Under the pieces are notes generated by a model. That model was not told the origin of the DNA. It ran no database searches and saw only the letters and a list, made by a program, of their open reading frames with translations. A program made the translations under genes and the position numbers. A stretch of 64,000 bases of DNA from Basidiobolus meristosporus CBS 931.73 (Eukaryota > Fungi > Basidiobolomycota). Shown in pieces: positions 62,285 through 64,000 of the stretch. The DNA is taken from NCBI GenBank assembly GCA_002104905.1, contig MCFE01000214.1, forward strand, positions 1 through 64,000, in the 5' to 3' direction. Each line of letters opens with the position of its first letter. Position 1 is the first letter of the stretch.

Positions 62285-63227
62285 GATATATACCATATCC
62301 CTAGCCACAACATTACATTGTTAACCAGTAGATGGATCACTAGGCAGTCCTGGGTCCATGGAGTATCCTGGCATTCTTTTCTATGGGTGTAGTCTCATTG
62401 CATATTGGGATCTTGCCAGGCTCATGCAGGTTCCTGTTGCAAGGGGAGATAGTCACAAAATCAATCAGCAAGCCTTCTGCTTCAGTGCAATCACCAAGTG
62501 GGCCATATTCAGAAGGCTGAGGTGAGCTAACAGGCATCACAAGCTCATATCAGTCAGTTTGTGATAGATGACAAGTATGGTTAGGTGCTGTTATAGAAGT
62601 ACCAGGTGGCCAGCAAGATATTACTGATACAGTAGTGTCTGATGGATGCTTAAATTTGACTGGTGTGGCAAGTCAGTGGCAGTGATCCTTGTAACACTTC
62701 CAATACTGATGTGTGCTTCACAGCTGAAAGGCTGATTAGAGCAGCAACATGGTTGTTTGCCACTTCTCTTGAGGTGTTGAATCAAAGTAGTCCTTTCTGT
62801 AGGGCAAACAGCTTGACACTCATTAGTATAATGCTATCATATCCCTACTTTTCAAACTAAAATGATTATAAGACAATCTTTTATTTAAGACATTGCACCT
62901 ATGTCAATATAAGATTCAATGATGACCCACCATTGTAAGCACTATGAACAAAGTTGTGGCATCACATACATCAAGATAAGTGGCACTACTTCCCCATTGT
63001 CTTAAAATACATCCATATATATATATGCTGCCAAAAAACAAAGCCAAGTTGTCTGGTTCCCAACCAAACACCACTGCTGACAGCAGCAGAATAATGGATG
63101 GACAACATCTTGCTTTGACATTCAATGAAACAAGCAGGGCTACATCCAAAAAAAGCCATGTTGACTGTGAGACCACTGAAGGTAATAATGTAGACTCCTC
63201 AGGCTCCCAGTCAGGTAGGCAATTGAG

Positions 63228-63430
63228 TGTTGCAATATTCTGAGGAGTATTGGAAGTGATGTGGAGAACTAGAGGATTTACATGTTATTCACTTATAGAT
63301 TTATTGATCAAAAGTATGGTATTTATACTTTTGATAAAGTAGAGGAAAACAAACGTGTAGAGTTTGTTAAGGAAGGTCCCAAGAATATGTGTGCAAAGTT
63401 TGGGGTCTTTTGGACGACTTTGAGAAAAAT
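63228..63430 (-). repeat. Truncated LTR of the same family
   Basis: tgttgcaatattctgaggagtattggaagtgat...ggaaggtcccaagaatatgtgtgcaaagtttgggg...ctttgagaa; homology stops just before the DNA transposon end. Confidence 0.85.
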
Positions 63431-63438
63431 AATAATAT

Positions 63439-64000
63439 AGACTTGTTCCGTTGGATAGTGCCACATAGTGCCAGCCGGTTTATAGTGCCGGATCGATCTG
63501 GCACTCTATGGCACTATCTGGCACTATAATTTCTACCATGATGCCAGTGGTATGATACAGTTACTGGTAATTTTACTCAATCTTACTTATGTTGCTCAGA
63601 ATAGTGCTTTCCTTGCTTTATTTACTCTTCATAATGCTCCAGACACATTTCTCTCAGTGGATGTCTTCTTGTATGAACATACTGTGCATTGATAAGTATC
63701 TTAACTATTTTACCTATTCTGCTGTTTTCTCCTATATATGACTTTCCTCTGTATTTACCTGCCAATATGCTGAATCTCTTCAGATATCCAAATGTGTGCT
63801 CTACCCTTACTCTGAAATGATTAAATATCTCATTGTTGAGCTTCTGCTTCCTGCTAAGCACACCATTCCTTGGCTTCCTATAAGCTGTAATACATCCTAA
63901 TCTCTGACAATCCTCTCCTATATAGGCCAAGTCTGCCATACATTTCTCCCCTCTACTGAATTCAGGATGATTCTCTACCCAGAGTGCTTTGTCATGCCTA
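63439..64000 (-). mobile_element. PIF/Harbinger-ISL2EU-type DNA transposon, downstream end
   Basis: Transposase ORF plus a terminus AGACTTGTTCCGTT (resembles PIF-type TIRs) and inverted subterminal ATAGTGCC repeats; the TIR position is inferred. Confidence 0.7.
63622..64000 (-). CDS. DDE_Tnp_4-type transposase, C-terminal part (5' end outside window)
   Basis: RHDKALW...MADLAYIG...NEIFNHFRVRVEHTFGYLKRFSIL...YR (HD, D and E catalytic-type motifs); frame open to the window edge. Confidence 0.88.
   Translation of the reverse strand, partial: RHDKALWVENHPEFSRGEKCMADLAYIGEDCQRLGCITAYRKPRNGVLSRKQKLNNEIFNHFRVRVEHTFGYLKRFSILAGKYRGKSYIGENSRIGKIVKILINAQYVHTRRHPLREMCLEHYEE

Overview
Eukaryotic (fungal) genomic window. 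A compact, intron-rich core of about 25 protein-coding genes (about 5-60 kb) sits between two AT-rich, transposon-derived, strongly CpG-depleted flanks. Gene content (LYS2, Zn2Cys6 factors, short GT-AG introns, plant-like PPR proteins, a DEK homologue) points to an early-diverging fungus; Basidiobolus/Mucoromycota-like is my guess, not a database result. Left flank: a Ty1/Copia element whose gag-pol frame I translated by hand; it is open from 3274 to the window edge. It has a half-tRNA(iMet) primer site, its LTR and a neighbouring solo LTR. Core: EAF7, an uncharacterised coiled-coil protein, a Ser/Thr-rich GPI-type protein, DGAT2, EI24, a SAM carrier, two convergent paralogous PPR genes, ARP5, RRP45, NOPCHAP1-like, COX18, an RCC1-repeat protein, a KIC1-like kinase, a fasciclin, ORM1, BAP31/YET3, a Zn2Cys6-PAS factor, a DEK-HMG fusion, LYS2, a Zn2Cys6 factor and a PAF-acetylhydrolase-like hydrolase. 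Right end: a five-copy array (3 intact, 2 pseudogenes) of questin-oxidase-like (DUF4243) genes, with a 1.3-kb gene-conversion tract and a conserved AP-1-type promoter element. The array runs into a 2.6-kb stretch with no CpG at all, two more LTR relics and a PIF/Harbinger-ISL2EU-type transposon. Exon boundaries and coordinates were read by eye, and family calls rest on recognised motifs rather than searches. I found no tRNA, rRNA or CRISPR features.
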